Source: the human T2T-CHM13v2.0 reference genome, Homo sapiens
Strand: one strand, 5' to 3'
DNA: 64,000 nt
Assembly: GCF_009914755.1 (NCBI RefSeq)
Contig: NC_060937.1
Shown piece by piece: positions 39,402 to 52,127 of this stretch (within the stretch, counting starts at the first letter, position 1; each line of letters opens with the position of its first letter). The position numbers were made by a program, and so were the translations under genes. The notes under the pieces were generated by a model. It was not told the DNA's origin and did not search any database. It worked only from the letters and a program-made list of their open reading frames with translations.

Positions 39402-40291
39402 TGTACCAAAACTAATCTAGGCTCTAGACAAATAAAAATAAATATATCCCTGGTTATTCTTTATTTTCTAGTTTTGTAATTTCCCTTTTCATTAGGTTTG
39501 TCTTGTGTATACATTCAATTCAAGTGTTTTTTAAAAAAGGTTACAATTCACTTGAGATATGCACATCGTACAGGATTCTACAAAACTAGAATTATTGTTA
39601 CATAATTCTGTAGACTTAAAATCTATTACATCTTTCTTAAATAATAGCAAATAAAAATGGTCCATATTATCCTCCAATCTAGTGGTATTTTGCCAGTTAT
39701 TTTAAATCACTTGATATTAGAGAACTGATCTCATGATGATGCCACTAATTATATGAAGATAATTAAAATAACAACAAATATGTAATAAGAATTTTACTCA
39801 GAAGTTAAATGCAAAAAAATCCATATGAATTAACTAATCCAATCTGTACAAAAATCTGTAATTTATTATTATATCAATTTTAGAAAATTGATAAGGTTAA
39901 TAAACTAGTCAAAAGTCACATACCAAGAAAAATAGAAAAGTTTTTTTTTTTTTAACATTACTCTCTACCAAAGATTATGTTCTTAACCGCTTATACTGAA
40001 TGCTCAACAAGTTTTCTGGGTTAAAATTGATACCATGGATTACATTATGCTTATGGATATTGTGTATTTTTTCTCCAGGAGTGTTTGGTGAGAACCGCAT
40101 ATTTGAAGATAAGTGTGCAATGATAAGTTTGCTGTTAAAATTTATAGGTTTCATCTAAATAAAATATTTATGCATTATATTTAGAAGACAAAGGCAAGAT
40201 AATTCTATAAATCCCTGAAAAAATGTACATGATTCTTGAAAATTCCAGAAAATCGAACTGGTATGTTAGGATCCAAATCAAGAAGACAGTC

Positions 40292-40830
40292 GCTTTTCCC
40301 CTAGAATGTAGGAAGCTGAGAACAAAATTGGTCCTGTTTTACAGCAAGAAGAAGTCAGATACAATTTTTGAACTCATCAGATAATTGAAATCACACTGCA
40401 ACCAAGCAGTCTGAATACTATGGAACATCAAGTACTCCCAAAGAAACATGGAACTGGGGCATTGGATCATCTGTGCCATGGCATGAGATAAATGGATGCT
40501 GGGAACCAACCAAAGAAGCAGGTGGGAAGAATGCAGCTAAACATTCTAACAAATTGCTGATAGTGGAATGTAAGCTAGCACAGAAAACCTTGGAAGCCAC
40601 TGAGAAGAAATAGTTGAACCCACTGGCAATCTACTGACACATGAACTGCCACGAGGCACTAAATAGAAAGACTGGAACCAAGGAGGAAAATCAAAAACAG
40701 CCTTTCTCATTGGTGCAGGCTTGAAGGAGGAAAGTGGCTCCATTGCATGAAAGATTGAGGATCTTCTTAATCCACATGCCCAGACTATTTTTCCCTACAG
40801 CATAAAAGCATAAAGCCACTAGGGAAGTAT
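40292..40830 (+). mobile_element. Old L1 (L1MD-like) 5' end
   Basis: tagaatgtaggaagctg...ttttgaactcatcaga...gcaaccaa resembles recalled L1MD-type 5' UTR. Confidence 0.5.
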
Positions 40831-40839
40831 GTGGGTGAG

Positions 40840-41020
40840 AAGTGATTGTCTACAAAGTGTCCAGAGAAAATTTTGAAGTAGGATGAAACTCTTCTATTTT
40901 GATACTGGTTATCTTGACATTGGTGATAGTTACATAATTATTTTCATTTTTCAAAATTAATAGAACTCTACACTAGAAAGAAAGAATTCACTGTACATAA
41001 ATGGTACATAAATAAGCCTA
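40840..41020 (+). mobile_element. L1MD/ME-type 3' terminus
   Basis: tatcttgacattggtgatagttacat...tagaactctacacta...actgtacataaat...aataagcct. Confidence 0.7.
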
Positions 41021-41109
41021 TACTAATTTCCAAAATTCAAAGCAAGGTGTTATTCTAGTCAATTTGGATTTATGGTTAAAAGCAGATGAACTGCTTTTAA
41101 CACTTTGCT

Positions 41110-41405
41110 TTGTTCACATGTATGTGAAATCTAAAAATTAAAAAAAAATCCAATGCACAGAAACAGAGGGTAAAACAGTGGTTACCAGGGTAAGAGGGAG
41201 AGAGAATGGCAGGAAATGGGAAGCTATAGGTTGAAGTGTACAAAGTTGCAGTTATGTAGGATAAAATAGTCAAGAGATCTAATGTATAAAGTGACTACAA
41301 CTAATATTATTGTATTGCATACTGGTAATTTGCCAAGAGAGTACATTTTAGGTACTCTTCCCACACACACATGAATAAGGTAAACTATATGAGATTGATG
41401 GGTAT
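41110..41405 (+). mobile_element. L1MA8-like 3' UTR fragment
   Basis: tacaaagttgcagttatgtaggat...agagatctaatgta...ttgccaagagagta. Confidence 0.8.
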
Positions 41406-41465
41406 GTTGCCTGTGCTTTGGGGTCACAACCAAAAAATTATTGCCCAGACCAATGTTATGGAAGT

Positions 41466-41985
41466 TGACATAATTCAGATGTTGTCCCCTCTAAATCTCA
41501 TGTTGAATTGTAATCCACAATGTTGGAAGTGGGGCCTAGTAGGAGGTGATTGGATCATGGGGGTGTATTTCTCATAAATGGTTTAGTGCTATCCCCTGAG
41601 TACTGTCTTTGTGATAGTAAGTTATCATGAGATCTGGCTGTTTAAAAGTATGCAGCATCTTCCCCTCCACTCTCTCTTAACTCCCATTCTCACGTGAGAT
41701 GCCTATTCCCTCTTTGTCTTCCACCATGATTGTAAGTTTTTAGGCCCACACCAGAAGCAGATGCTGATGCCACACTTTAAAGTCTGCACAACCCAGAACA
41801 AATTAAACTACTTTTCTTTATAAATTACCCAGTCCCTGATATTTCTTTCTATTTTTTTAGAGATGGAGTCTCGCTCTTTCACCCAGGCTGAAGTGCAGTG
41901 GCATGATCTTGGCTCACTGCAGCCTCAACTTTTTTGGGTCTGGTATTTCTTTATAGCAATACAAGAATAAAAACGGTCTAATGCA
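41466..41985 (+). mobile_element. MSTB-like MaLR LTR with a nested Alu fragment
   Basis: aaatctcatgttgaattgtaatcc...ggaggtgattggatcatgggg...taaattacccagtc; near TSD gaagt/gaagg. Confidence 0.9.
41849..41939 (-). mobile_element. Severely 5'-truncated Alu inside the MST
   Basis: gagatggagtctcgctc...ggctcactgcagcctca; TSD ctgatatttcttt (41836-41848) / ctggtatttcttt (41940-41952). Confidence 0.9.
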
Positions 41986-42154
41986 GAAGGTTTCCTCTGT
42001 ATTTTCCTCTAACACTTACACAATTCCATGTCTTACATTTAAGCACTCTATTGTATTTTGTTATAGCAACCAGAGCTATTAACCAATATTAATAATATAA
42101 TATTTTATTATCTATTATTATCTAAATAATAATATTTAAATATCTAGTTTATTA

Positions 42155-45100
42155 CTAGATATTTTATTTTATTTGTAGCTATTGTTAATGAAATTACTTT
42201 CTTAGGTTTTTTTTTTTAGATTATTAACTGTTGGCATATAGAAATGCTACTAATTTTTGTATGCTGATTTTGTGACCTGCAACTTTACAGGATTTGTTGA
42301 TCCATTCTAACAGTTTTTTTGGTGGAGGCTTTGTTTCCAAACATAAGATCATATCATCTGCAAGCAGGGATAATTTGTCTTCTTCCTTTCCAATCTGGTT
42401 GCCCTTTATAGCTTTCTCTTGTCTGCTCTAGCTAGGACTTCTCATATGGTGTTGAGTAACAGTGATGAAAGTGGGCATATTTGTATTATTCTTGATTTTA
42501 CAGAAAAGTCTTTCAGTTTTTTCTCATTCAGCATGATACTAGCTGTGGGTCCCTCATATATGGTGTTTATTGTATTGAGGTATATTCCTTCTATAACCAG
42601 GTTTTGGAGGGTTTTCATCATGAAAGTATACTGAATTTTATCAAATGCATTTTCAGCATAAGTTGAAGTGATTGCATTTTTGTCTTTTATTCTGTTGATA
42701 TAATGTGTCACATTGATTGATTTGCATATTTTGAACCATCTTTTCATTTCTGGGATAAATACAATTTGGTCGTGATGAATGATCTTAATGTGTTGTTGAA
42801 TTTTTTTCATTGGTATTTTGTTGAGGATTTTTGCCTCAATGTTCCTCAAGAATACTGGCCTGTATTTTCTTTTTTTGAGGCGTCTTTGTCTGGTTTTAGT
42901 ATCCGAGTTATACTGGACTTGTAGAAGGAGATTAAAAGTATCTCCTCCCCTCTATTTTATGGAATATTTTGACTAGGATTAGTATTCATCGTTCTTTAAA
43001 TTTTTGGTAAAATTCGGCAGTGAATCCAGGCTTTTCTTTGCTGGAAGACTTTTTATTATAGCTTTGATTTTATTATATATTATGGGTCTGCATAGGTTTT
43101 GGATTTTTTGTGATTCAAACTTGATAGATTGTATGTGTCTAGAAATTTATATTTTTATTGTAAGTTTTCCAATTAATTGGCATTCAGTTGCTCATAGTAA
43201 TAGCTTCTAATGACTCTTTGAAATTCTGAAGTATCGGTTGTAATTTTTTTTGTTCATCTCTGACTTTATTTGGATCTTCTCTCTATTTTTTCTTAATCTG
43301 GCTAAAGGTTTATCAATTTAGTTTATCTTCTCAAGAAAGCAGCTTTTAATTCCGTTGATCTTGGAATTGTTTTTTCAATTTATCCCTGCTCTAATCTTTC
43401 TTATTTATTTTTTCTACTAATTTTGGGTTTAGTTTTATTTTACTTATCTAATTCTTTAAGAAGAATTTTTAGGTTGTTTATTTGAAGTTTGTCTACTTTT
43501 TTGATGTAAGCACTTATTGCTATAAACTTTCTTCTTAGTATTGTTTTCACTGTATCCCCATAGGTTTTGGTGTGCTGTGTTTCCATTTTCATTTGTATTA
43601 AGAAATTTAAAATTTTTTCTTCTTAATTTCCTCATTGATCCAGTGGTCATTCAGAAGCATATTGTTTAATTTCCATGTGCTTTATAGTTCCCCAAATTTC
43701 TCTTGTTGTTGTTTTCTAGTTTTGTTCAATATGATCAGAGAAGATACTTGATAAAGTTCCAATTTCTTTGAATTTTTTAAGACTTGTTTTGTGGCCTAAC
43801 ATATAGTTTATCTTTGAGAATGATACACGTGTTGAGCAGAATAATGTATATTCTGCAGCTGTTGAATAAAATGTTCTGTAAATATCAATCAAGTCCATTT
43901 AGTCTATGGTGCAGATAAGTTTGAAGTTTCTTTGTTTATTTTCTCTCTGGATGACTTATCCAATGCTGAAAGTTGTGTGTATCTAGCTAAAGTATCTAGC
44001 TATTATGGCATTGGGGTCTATCTTCCTTTTAAACTCTAATAATATGTGCTTTATATATCTGGGTGCTCTAGTGTTGGGTACATATATATTTATAATTGTT
44101 ATATCTTCTTGCTGAATTGTCCCCTTTATCATTATACAATGACCATCATCTGATTTTATAATTTTTGTTATGAAATCTATTTGGTCTTATATAAAACTAC
44201 AGTAACTTCTGCTCTTTTTGGTTTTCATTTTGCATGGGATATCTTTTTCTATCTCTTTATTTTCAGTATCTGTGTGTCTTTATAGATGAAATATTTTTTT
44301 TCTAAGCAATAGTTCTTCAGGTCTTTTTTTAAAAATCCATTTAGCCACTCTGTGTCTTTTGATTGGAGAGTTTATCCATTTACATTCAAGGTTATTATTG
44401 ATAAGTAAGGACTTACTCCTGCCATTTGTTTTTTGTTTTCTTATTTTTGTGTGTGTGATCCTTTCTTCCTTCTTTTCTTCCTTCCTGTCTTTCTTTTAGT
44501 GAAGATTTTTTCGGGTGGTATGTTTTAATTTCCTGTTATTTATTTTTTGCTTATCTGTTGTATAATTTTGATTTAAGGTTACCAGAAGGCTTGCAAATAA
44601 TATCTTACAACCTGTTATTATAAACTGATAACAACGATTGCATAAACAAACCTCACAAGCAAAAAGAAATCTAATAAAAATGCTACACTTTAACTTTATC
44701 CTTTTCCACTTTTTAACTTTTTGTTGTTTTTATTTACTTGTTTATCCTATGTCTTGAAAAGTTTTTGTAGTTATTATTTTCATTAGGTTCATCTTTTATT
44801 TTTTCTGCTCCAGATATAAGTAGTTTACAACCTATAATTAGAGTACTATAATATTCTGTGTTTTTCTCTGAATTTACCATTACCAGCGAGTTTTGTACCT
44901 TCAGGTGATTTCTTATTGCTCCTTAATGTACTTTTCTTCCAGATTGAAGAACTCCCTTTAGCATTTTTAGTAGAACAGGTCTGATGTTGATGAGATTCCT
45001 CAGCTTTTGTTTGTCTGAGTAGGTTTTTATTTCTCTTTCATGTTTGAAGGATAGCTTTTGCTGGGTATACCATTGTAGGATAAAAGTTTTTATTCTTTAG

Positions 45101-47345
45101 CACTTTAAGTATGTTATACCACTCTCTCCTGGCCCATAAAATTTCCACTGAGAAGTCTTCTTCCAGACATATTGGAGCTCCTTTATGTGTTACTTATTTC
45201 TTTTCTCTTACTGCTTTTAGAATCATTTCTTTATCTTTGACATTTGGGAGTTTAATTATTATATGTTTTGAAGTACTCTTATTTGGGTTAAATCTTTTTG
45301 GTGCTCTATAATTTACTTGTACTTGCATATTGATATCTTTCTTAGGTTTTGCAAGTTCTCTGTTATTATCCCTTTGAATAAACTCTCTACCCCTATGTCT
45401 CTCTCTACCTCCTTTTGAAGGCTAATAATTCAGATTTGCCCTTTTTAGGGTATTTTCTAGATCTTGTTTTGGGGCTTGTTTTGTTTTTCAGACAGGGTTT
45501 CACTTTGTCACCCAGGCTGGAGTACAGTGGCATGATCATGGCTCATGACAGCCTTGCACTACCACCACCCACCACCCCACTGGGCTCAAGCAGTGCTCCC
45601 ACCTTAGCTTCTTGAGTAGCTGGGACTGCAGGCATGGACCATCATGGCAAGCTAATTTTTTGTACTTATTTGTGGATACGTGGTTTCAACATGTTGCACA
45701 GGCTGTTCTTAAACTCCTAGGCTGGGCTCAAGATATCCACTTGCCTTAGCCTCCCAAAGTGCTGAGGTAAGGCGTGAGCCACCACACACTACCCTATTTT
45801 CTAGGTCTTGTAGGCATGCTTCATTCTTTTTTATTGTTTTCTTTTTGTCTCCTCTGACTGTGTATTGTCAAGTAGGCTGTCTTCAAGCTCACTAATCCTT
45901 TCTTCTGTTCGATCAGTTTTACTGTTAAGAGACTCTAATGCATTCTTTAGTATGTTATTTGCATTTTTTCAGCTCCAGAATTTCTGCTTGTTTCTTTTTA
46001 ATTATTTTAAACTTTTTGTGAAATGTATCTGAGGATTCTGAATTCCTTCTCTGTGTTATCTTTAATTTCATTGAACTTTCTGTAAGCAGCTATTTTGAAT
46101 TCTCTGTCTGAAAGGTCACAGATCTCTGTCACTCTGGGGTTGATCACTGGTGACTTATTTGGTTTGATTGGTCCAGAAATGCCATTCAGGAACCAAGGCC
46201 TGGGATTGATGACCCTAGGAAACTGTTTGGTTCTCTATGCCACTGTGGTTCTCTACACCAAGCTGGTACCAAAGCTTCAAGACAAAAGTCTCATTTCCTC
46301 TTCCTTCTCCTTTCCTTAACTAAAAGATATGTCTCCCCATGGCCACTGCATCAGGGAATGTGCTGGGTCACCCTTGATTCCAGCATGGCTCTGAGTCTTA
46401 CCCAAGGCCTGCTGAGAGTACTGCCTGGCTTCCATTGTTGATTGTTCAGGGCCCAAATACTCTTTAGTTAGCAGGTGATGAATCCTGTCAGGACTTTGTT
46501 CTTCCTTTCAAGGCAGTGGGTTCCTTCTGGCCCAGGTTGTGTTTATAAATGTGTGAAATCTAAGTCCTGAAATGGTAGCCTTAGCACTAAGCCTGGTGTC
46601 CTATTCCAATGTGGCTGAGCTGGTATCTATGTTGCAAGACAAAGTCCCCTTAACTCTCCCTTCTCCTCTCCTCAAGTAGAGTGAAGGAGTCTCTTTTGGA
46701 GCTACAAGCTGTGCTTCCTGGGGTTGGCAGAGGGGTGACACAAACACTCCCTTGGCCATGCCAGCTGGTGTCTCACTAGTCATATATAGACACTAGGCAC
46801 TGCAAGTCCACTAGCCCTGAGTCAAGCGGAGCACCAGGACTTGCCAAGGAATTGCAGTCCTTGTGGCCTAGACTGTTTCAAGATTATTTAGAACCCAAAG
46901 CCATTTAGCCCACCATGCTGGGACTTGCCAGAACTCAGGCTCTGACTGCTGGAATGAGAGATTCACCTCTAATTAGGGCTGGTCTAGATGCTTCCTTTAT
47001 GGGCACCAACTGATTTCTGCCTCATGTGGCTTTCCAGTGTCACAGGGCAGTCCTGAATTCCAATGAAAAATCTCACAATTACTGCTCTGTCCCTCAACCA
47101 AGGGCACAGATTCTCACACTATGCAGCTACTGCGGGTGGATGGGGCAGGGTCGTCTTGGCAATTTGAGACTATTTTCTATACTTTTCAGTGCCTCCTTCC
47201 TTAATATGATGTTAAAAACCAGGTACTGTGATTGCTCAACTGATTTTTGGTTCTTATAAAGTTGCTTTCATTGTGTGCATCATTGTTCAATTTGGTGTTC
47301 CTGCAGGGGGAATGGTCACTGGAGGCTTCTATTCAGTTATCTTCC
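42155..47345 (-). mobile_element. Near-full-length old L1 (L1M2/L1MA-type): 5' UTR, ORF1 remnants, ORF2 endonuclease and RT regions
   Basis: ORF 42442-42849 is RT-like (KILNKI...IIHHDQIVFIPEM...AFDKIQ); 43716-43898 is endonuclease-like (MDLIDIYRTF); 5' end ctggaggcttctattcagttatctt. Confidence 0.9.
45468..45794 (-). mobile_element. AluJ inserted in the L1
   Basis: TSD tattttctagatcttgt (45451-45467) / tattttctaggtcttgt (45795-45811). Confidence 0.9.
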
Positions 47346-47832
47346 TTGGAATATGTGTTTATCTTTTTGTGTAGCTGACATAAGTGTCTGTTGAATTTCC
47401 CTCCAAAGTTAAGATTATAGATAAATGTCTTTTGATATTGCATCTCGTTCAGGTTCCTCATTTGTGACACCTTGACATTGGATTAGACTTCCACTAAGTT
47501 AATTGTGTAACTTATTATGTAACTACTGATGCTCTGTTGTCATTTATTTAAAAATATATTTAGGCATGTAAATATATATGTTACTCTTTTAAATTTGCCA
47601 ATATTTTATAAATTTGTTATGATTAGTTTTTAATAAAATGATAAGGTAAGTGGATTTTTAAACTGTCAGTTTTCCACAGGTGAAAATGAAAAGCAACAAA
47701 ACAAGAGATATTTCTTGAATGCTCAATTTCCATTTTTGTGTTGGATGATTAGCATGAGCATAATTTCATACTGTGGTGTCACTCACCTGTATTTAAATAG
47801 ATTTATGTATGTCTCTGTTTATGTATGTATAC

Positions 47833-47880
47833 ATCTATCTATTGATCTATCGTCTATCTATCTATCTATCTATCTATCTA
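47833..47880 (+). repeat. (TCTA)n microsatellite
   Basis: atctatctattgatctatcgtctatctatctatctatctatcta. Confidence 0.9.
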
Positions 47881-47895
47881 CCTTAATTGAAGTTG

Positions 47896-48403
47896 TGTGC
47901 TGATTAATATTGAGTGTGAACTTGATTGGACTGAAGGATGCAAAGTATTGTTCCTGGGTGTGTCTGTGAGGGAGTTGCCAAAAAAGATTAACATTTGAGT
48001 CAGTGGCCTGGGAGAGTCTGCCAGCAAGGCTAGAATAAAGCAGGCAGGAGAAGAAGGAAGAGCGACTTATTGAGTCTTCTGGCCTTCATCTTTTTCTCAT
48101 GCTGGATGCTTCCTGCCCTCAAATATTGGACTCCAAGTGCTTCAGCTTTTGGACTCTTGGACTTACACCAGCAGTTTGCCAGGAACTCTCTGGCCTTCAG
48201 CTACAGACTGAAGGTTGCACTTTTGGCTTTTCTACTTTTGAGGTCTGGGGACTCTGACTGACTTTTTTGCTCCTCAGCTTACAGAAGGCCTATTGTGGGA
48301 CTTCACCTTGTGATAAAGTGAGTCAATACTCCTTAATAAATTCCCCTTTATATGTACATTTATTCTATTAGTTCTGTCCTTCTAGAGAACCCTGACTAAT
48401 ATA
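47896..48403 (+). mobile_element. MLT2A LTR (HERV-L)
   Basis: ttaatattgagtgt...gaaggatgcaaagtattgttcctgggtgtgtctgtgagg...ctagagaaccctgactaata; near TSD agttg/ggctg. Confidence 0.92.
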
Positions 48404-48429
48404 GGCTGCTGTAACAAAATATAAACTGC

Positions 48430-49575
48430 TTAAACTTGTTTTCATACTGTAAAACTATTAGAGAAAACACATAAGGCAAAAGTGCCAAACATTGACCTGG
48501 GTACTTTTTTTTTTTTTAGTAGATATGACCCAAAAAGCACAGACAACAAGAGCAAAAATGACAAATGGAAACCCATCAAACTGAAATGTTTCTGCACAGC
48601 AAAGGAGAGACAACCTATGGAATGGGAGAATATATTTGCAAAACATACATATGATAAGTAGTTAATATCTAAAATGTGTAAGAAAATTAAACACCTGAAC
48701 AGCAAGAAAACAAATAATCCTAATAAAAAATAGGCAATGAAGTGAATACAGTTCTTAGAAGAAATACAAATAGCTAATAGGTATATGAAAAAATTCTCAA
48801 CATCATTAATCATCAGAGAAATGCAAATTAATACCACAATGAGATATCACCTCACACCTGTTAGAATGACAATTTCAAAAAGACAAAAGATGACAAGTGT
48901 TGGCAAGGATGTGGAGAAAAGGGATCTCTAGCACACTAGTAGTGGGAATATAAATTATGTGAGCCATAAAGGAAAATAATATGAATGTTATTTTAAAAAG
49001 TAAAAATAGAACAACATAATTTAATAATCTCACTATTGGGTACACATCACAAAGAAAGAAAGTTAGTACATCAAAGAGATAACTGCACTCCCATGTTCAT
49101 TGCATCATTAGTCACAGTTGCCAAGCTCAGTTGGAATTGACTTATGTGTCATTAATATTCATTCTTTCATAGCATGAATGAATACAGAAAATGTGGTAAA
49201 TACACACAATACAGTACCATTCAGTCTTTAAAATAAAGGAAATTCTGTCATCTGCAATAAGATAGATGAATCTGAAGGACATTATGCTAAGTGAAATAAG
49301 CAAGGCACAATACTACATAATCTCATTTATATGTGGAATCTAAAAAAAGACAAATTCATAGAAACAGGGTAGAATGGTAGTTACCAAGGGGTTGAGAAAG
49401 AAGAGTGGGAGATGGTTGAAGTATACAAAATTTCACTTAGAAACAATAAGCTCAAGAGATTGATTCTATAAACATAGTAATTATAGTTAATAACAATGTA
49501 TTTTATACTTGAAAATTGCCAAGAAAGTAGATTTTGTCTAACCACAAATAAATTAAAATTATGTGTAGACAATAT
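48430..49575 (+). mobile_element. 5'-truncated L1MA (ORF2 end plus 3' UTR) inside an MLT1A
   Basis: atcatcagagaaatgcaaatt...tgagatatcacctcacacctgttagaatg...gacattatgctaagtgaaataagc. Confidence 0.9.
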
Positions 49576-49579
49576 GACA

Positions 49580-49892
49580 CAGACTAGATGTCTTAAACAA
49601 AAGAAATTTATGTTCTCACAGATCTGAAGGCTTAGAAGTACAAGATTAAGGTGCCAGACAATTCTGTTTTCTGGTGAAAGCCCACTACTAGGTTTGAAGA
49701 CCATTCTCTTCTCACTATGTCTACACATGGCAGCTCGAAGGGAAAGAGATAGCTGTTGTCTCTCTTACTTTTAAGAGCACTAACTAATTCCATCATTGGA
49801 CCACACCTGTGTAACCTAATTTAAACCTAAATGACTCCTACAGGCCTCATCTCTAAATACATTTCATTTAGTGTTAGGCCTTCAACATAAGA
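49580..49892 (-). mobile_element. MLT1A0 LTR, main part (its 3' tip lies at about 47880-47895 and 48404-48430)
   Basis: cttaaacaaaagaaatttatgttctcacag...caagattaaggtgccag...ttcaacata. Confidence 0.85.
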
Positions 49893-49946
<54 letters not shown>

Positions 49947-49974
49947 ATCTGTCTATCGATCTATCCTATCTATC
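49893..49974 (+). repeat. (ATCT)13 tetranucleotide STR plus degenerate flank
   Basis: 13 perfect ATCT units at 49893-49944. Confidence 0.95.
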
Positions 49975-50254
49975 AACAATCTAATATTCCTTGACCTTGT
50001 ACTTCTGTCAATCATGTTCTTTTTCTAAATTTATTTACAGCAAATATTCTCAACAAAAACCATATGCATCCTTGCTTTTATTTTCTACCTTAATTAACTT
50101 ATGAATAAAATCAGAATTCTGTCTGTATACCATTTGCATGTGCATTTTATATTTAATGTTCAGGGTTTTAGTTATACTCAGTGGAGAAATAGAAAATGTT
50201 TGTCTATTACATAATCCCCAAAAGGAAAGTCCAATCCTTTTCTGAAAAAAAATA

Positions 50255-51095
50255 TTCTTTACTTTTCAGAGCAATTTTAGTTTGCAGCAGAGCTGAGTTG
50301 AAAAACAGAGTTCTTATACGCTTATGCCTTGTTGCAAATATGCAATCTCCCCACTATAGAGATCTCACAGAAAAGTGGTACATTTGTTACAATTGATAAA
50401 CCTAGTTTAATAAATTATTATTATCCAAATTTTATGGTTTACATTAGGGCTCACTCTTGGTGCTATACAACGTATGGGTTTCAACAAATGTGTAACGACA
50501 TGCACGTAACATTATACTAGCTACTGTCCACCATTATAGTAACTATGGAATCATTTCACTGCCCTGAAATTCCTCTGTGCTCCACCTATTTATCCTTTCC
50601 TTACCCTCAACCTCTGGAAACCACTGATCTTCTTGCTGTCTCCATAGTTTTGCCTTTTCTGGAATATCATATAGTCAAAATAATACAGTATGCAGTATTT
50701 TTTTATTGTCATCTTTCACTAAGCAACATGCATTTAAGTTTTCTTCATGGCCTTTCATGGTTTCTAGCTCATTTCTTTTTAGCACTGATCAATATGCAAT
50801 TGTCTGGATGTGATAAAGTTTGTTTATTCATTCATCTATTGGAAGACATCTTACTTGCTTCCAAGTTTTTGAAGTTTTGAATAAAGTTGCTATAAACATC
50901 TGTGTGCAGATTTTTATATTAACATAAGCTCTCAACTGATTTGAGTAATTACCAAAAAGTGCTGGATTATATGGTAAGAGTATCTCCAGTTTTCTAAGAA
51001 ACTGCCAAACTGTCTTTGAAAGTGGTTGTACCACTTTGCATTCCCAAAAACAATGAATAATAATTCCTTTTGTTCCACATCCTCATCGGCATTTG
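50255..51095 (-). mobile_element. L1MC1/2-like 3' region
   Basis: agtggtacatttgttacaattgat...gtttacattagggctcactcttggtg...gaaactgccaaactgtctt. Confidence 0.85.
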
Positions 51096-51217
51096 GCCAT
51101 TTGGCATTGTCACAATTCTCTTGTTTTTGTTATGTATTTTTATCACATAGATATTTAATCCAATTATTAGTGTTTCATAAAGAATGTAAACTTATTTTTC
51201 CAAAAACCACATCTAAC

Positions 51218-51691
51218 ATGGAATTAGTTATCTATTTCTGCATACCAAACCATCACACACCATAGAAGTTTTATTTTTTCTCTTATAACAAAATGCATTG
51301 AATATGTTCCTGATTCTCTGAGTGAAATATTTTCACTTGTCTAAGTTGGGTGGTTCTCCTGAAGGTCTTGCCTGAGATAATGTATGCAGTTTTGGTTACT
51401 GGTGTTTTGTAATTGGGCATGTGATGAGCATTCAGTTTGGAATGCTCATCTCTCCACATCTTTATCCTCCAGTAGTATACAGCCTTCATTTGGTCAGATG
51501 ATAGACTCGTTGAAGAAAGTGATAATAAGCTCCTTTGCTCAGAAACTTTCCAAATCTCTGTTTGCATCATGTTTATCAATGTCCACTTGAATAAAGCAAT
51601 TCACATTGTAATGACAGAGTCAATGTGGGAGGAGGCTATAATGAATCAAGTAGGCCTAATTTATAGGACAACTATGATAATATACTACACA
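51218..51691 (-). mobile_element. MLT1H-like LTR
   Basis: ttagttatctatttctgcata...tctctgtttgcatcatgttt...cagagtcaatgtgggagg. Confidence 0.7.
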
Positions 51692-51716
51692 ACAAACTTA
51701 TTTTCAGAGTCCAACT

Positions 51717-51990
51717 AGGCATACAACATTTTAAATTACATATCCAATAAAAATTTCAAAATTGCCATCATAAAAACTGACTTCCTGTCCTCATGTCCCT
51801 GAATGTATTTCTTTCCCAGTGTTTCTCATCTTGGTAAGTGGCACACTATGAACCCACCGCTCAAGCACAATTAAAGGAGTTCAGTCTATCTACCCTATTA
51901 TTTTTCCACCTACACTGTAGCCTTATTGTTCGAAATCATCATTTACTATTGTCTATTAAATTGTTTCTTTTTTATCCTTTCTCTGAATAT
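51717..51990 (+). mobile_element. L2 fragment
   Basis: tttcccagtgtttctcatcttggtaagtggcac...gctcaagc. Confidence 0.5.
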
Positions 51991-52127
51991 CCATAGGCTA
52001 CTCCTTTTTATAGCATACTTTATTTTTAAGAACAGTTTTTTATTTATAGGAAACTTGAGGACCCCTGACAAGTTATAGGTGCTCTCTAAATATAGGTGAA
52101 ATTAATTAGTGTGTAATGCACATATGC

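Larger units (their letters stand above)
41406..42045 (-). mobile_element. L1MA ORF2 fragment split by the MST LTR
   Basis: ttgcctgtgctttggggtca...cccagaccaatgt resumes after the MST as tttcctctgtattttcctcta...tcttacatttaag. Confidence 0.75.

Noticed and set aside
42442-43898. RT-like and endonuclease-like ORFs
   Set aside because: Frameshifted fossils of an old L1; no intact ORF2
43978-44003. Short tandem duplication gtatctagcta in L1
   Set aside because: Ordinary slippage duplication in a dead repeat
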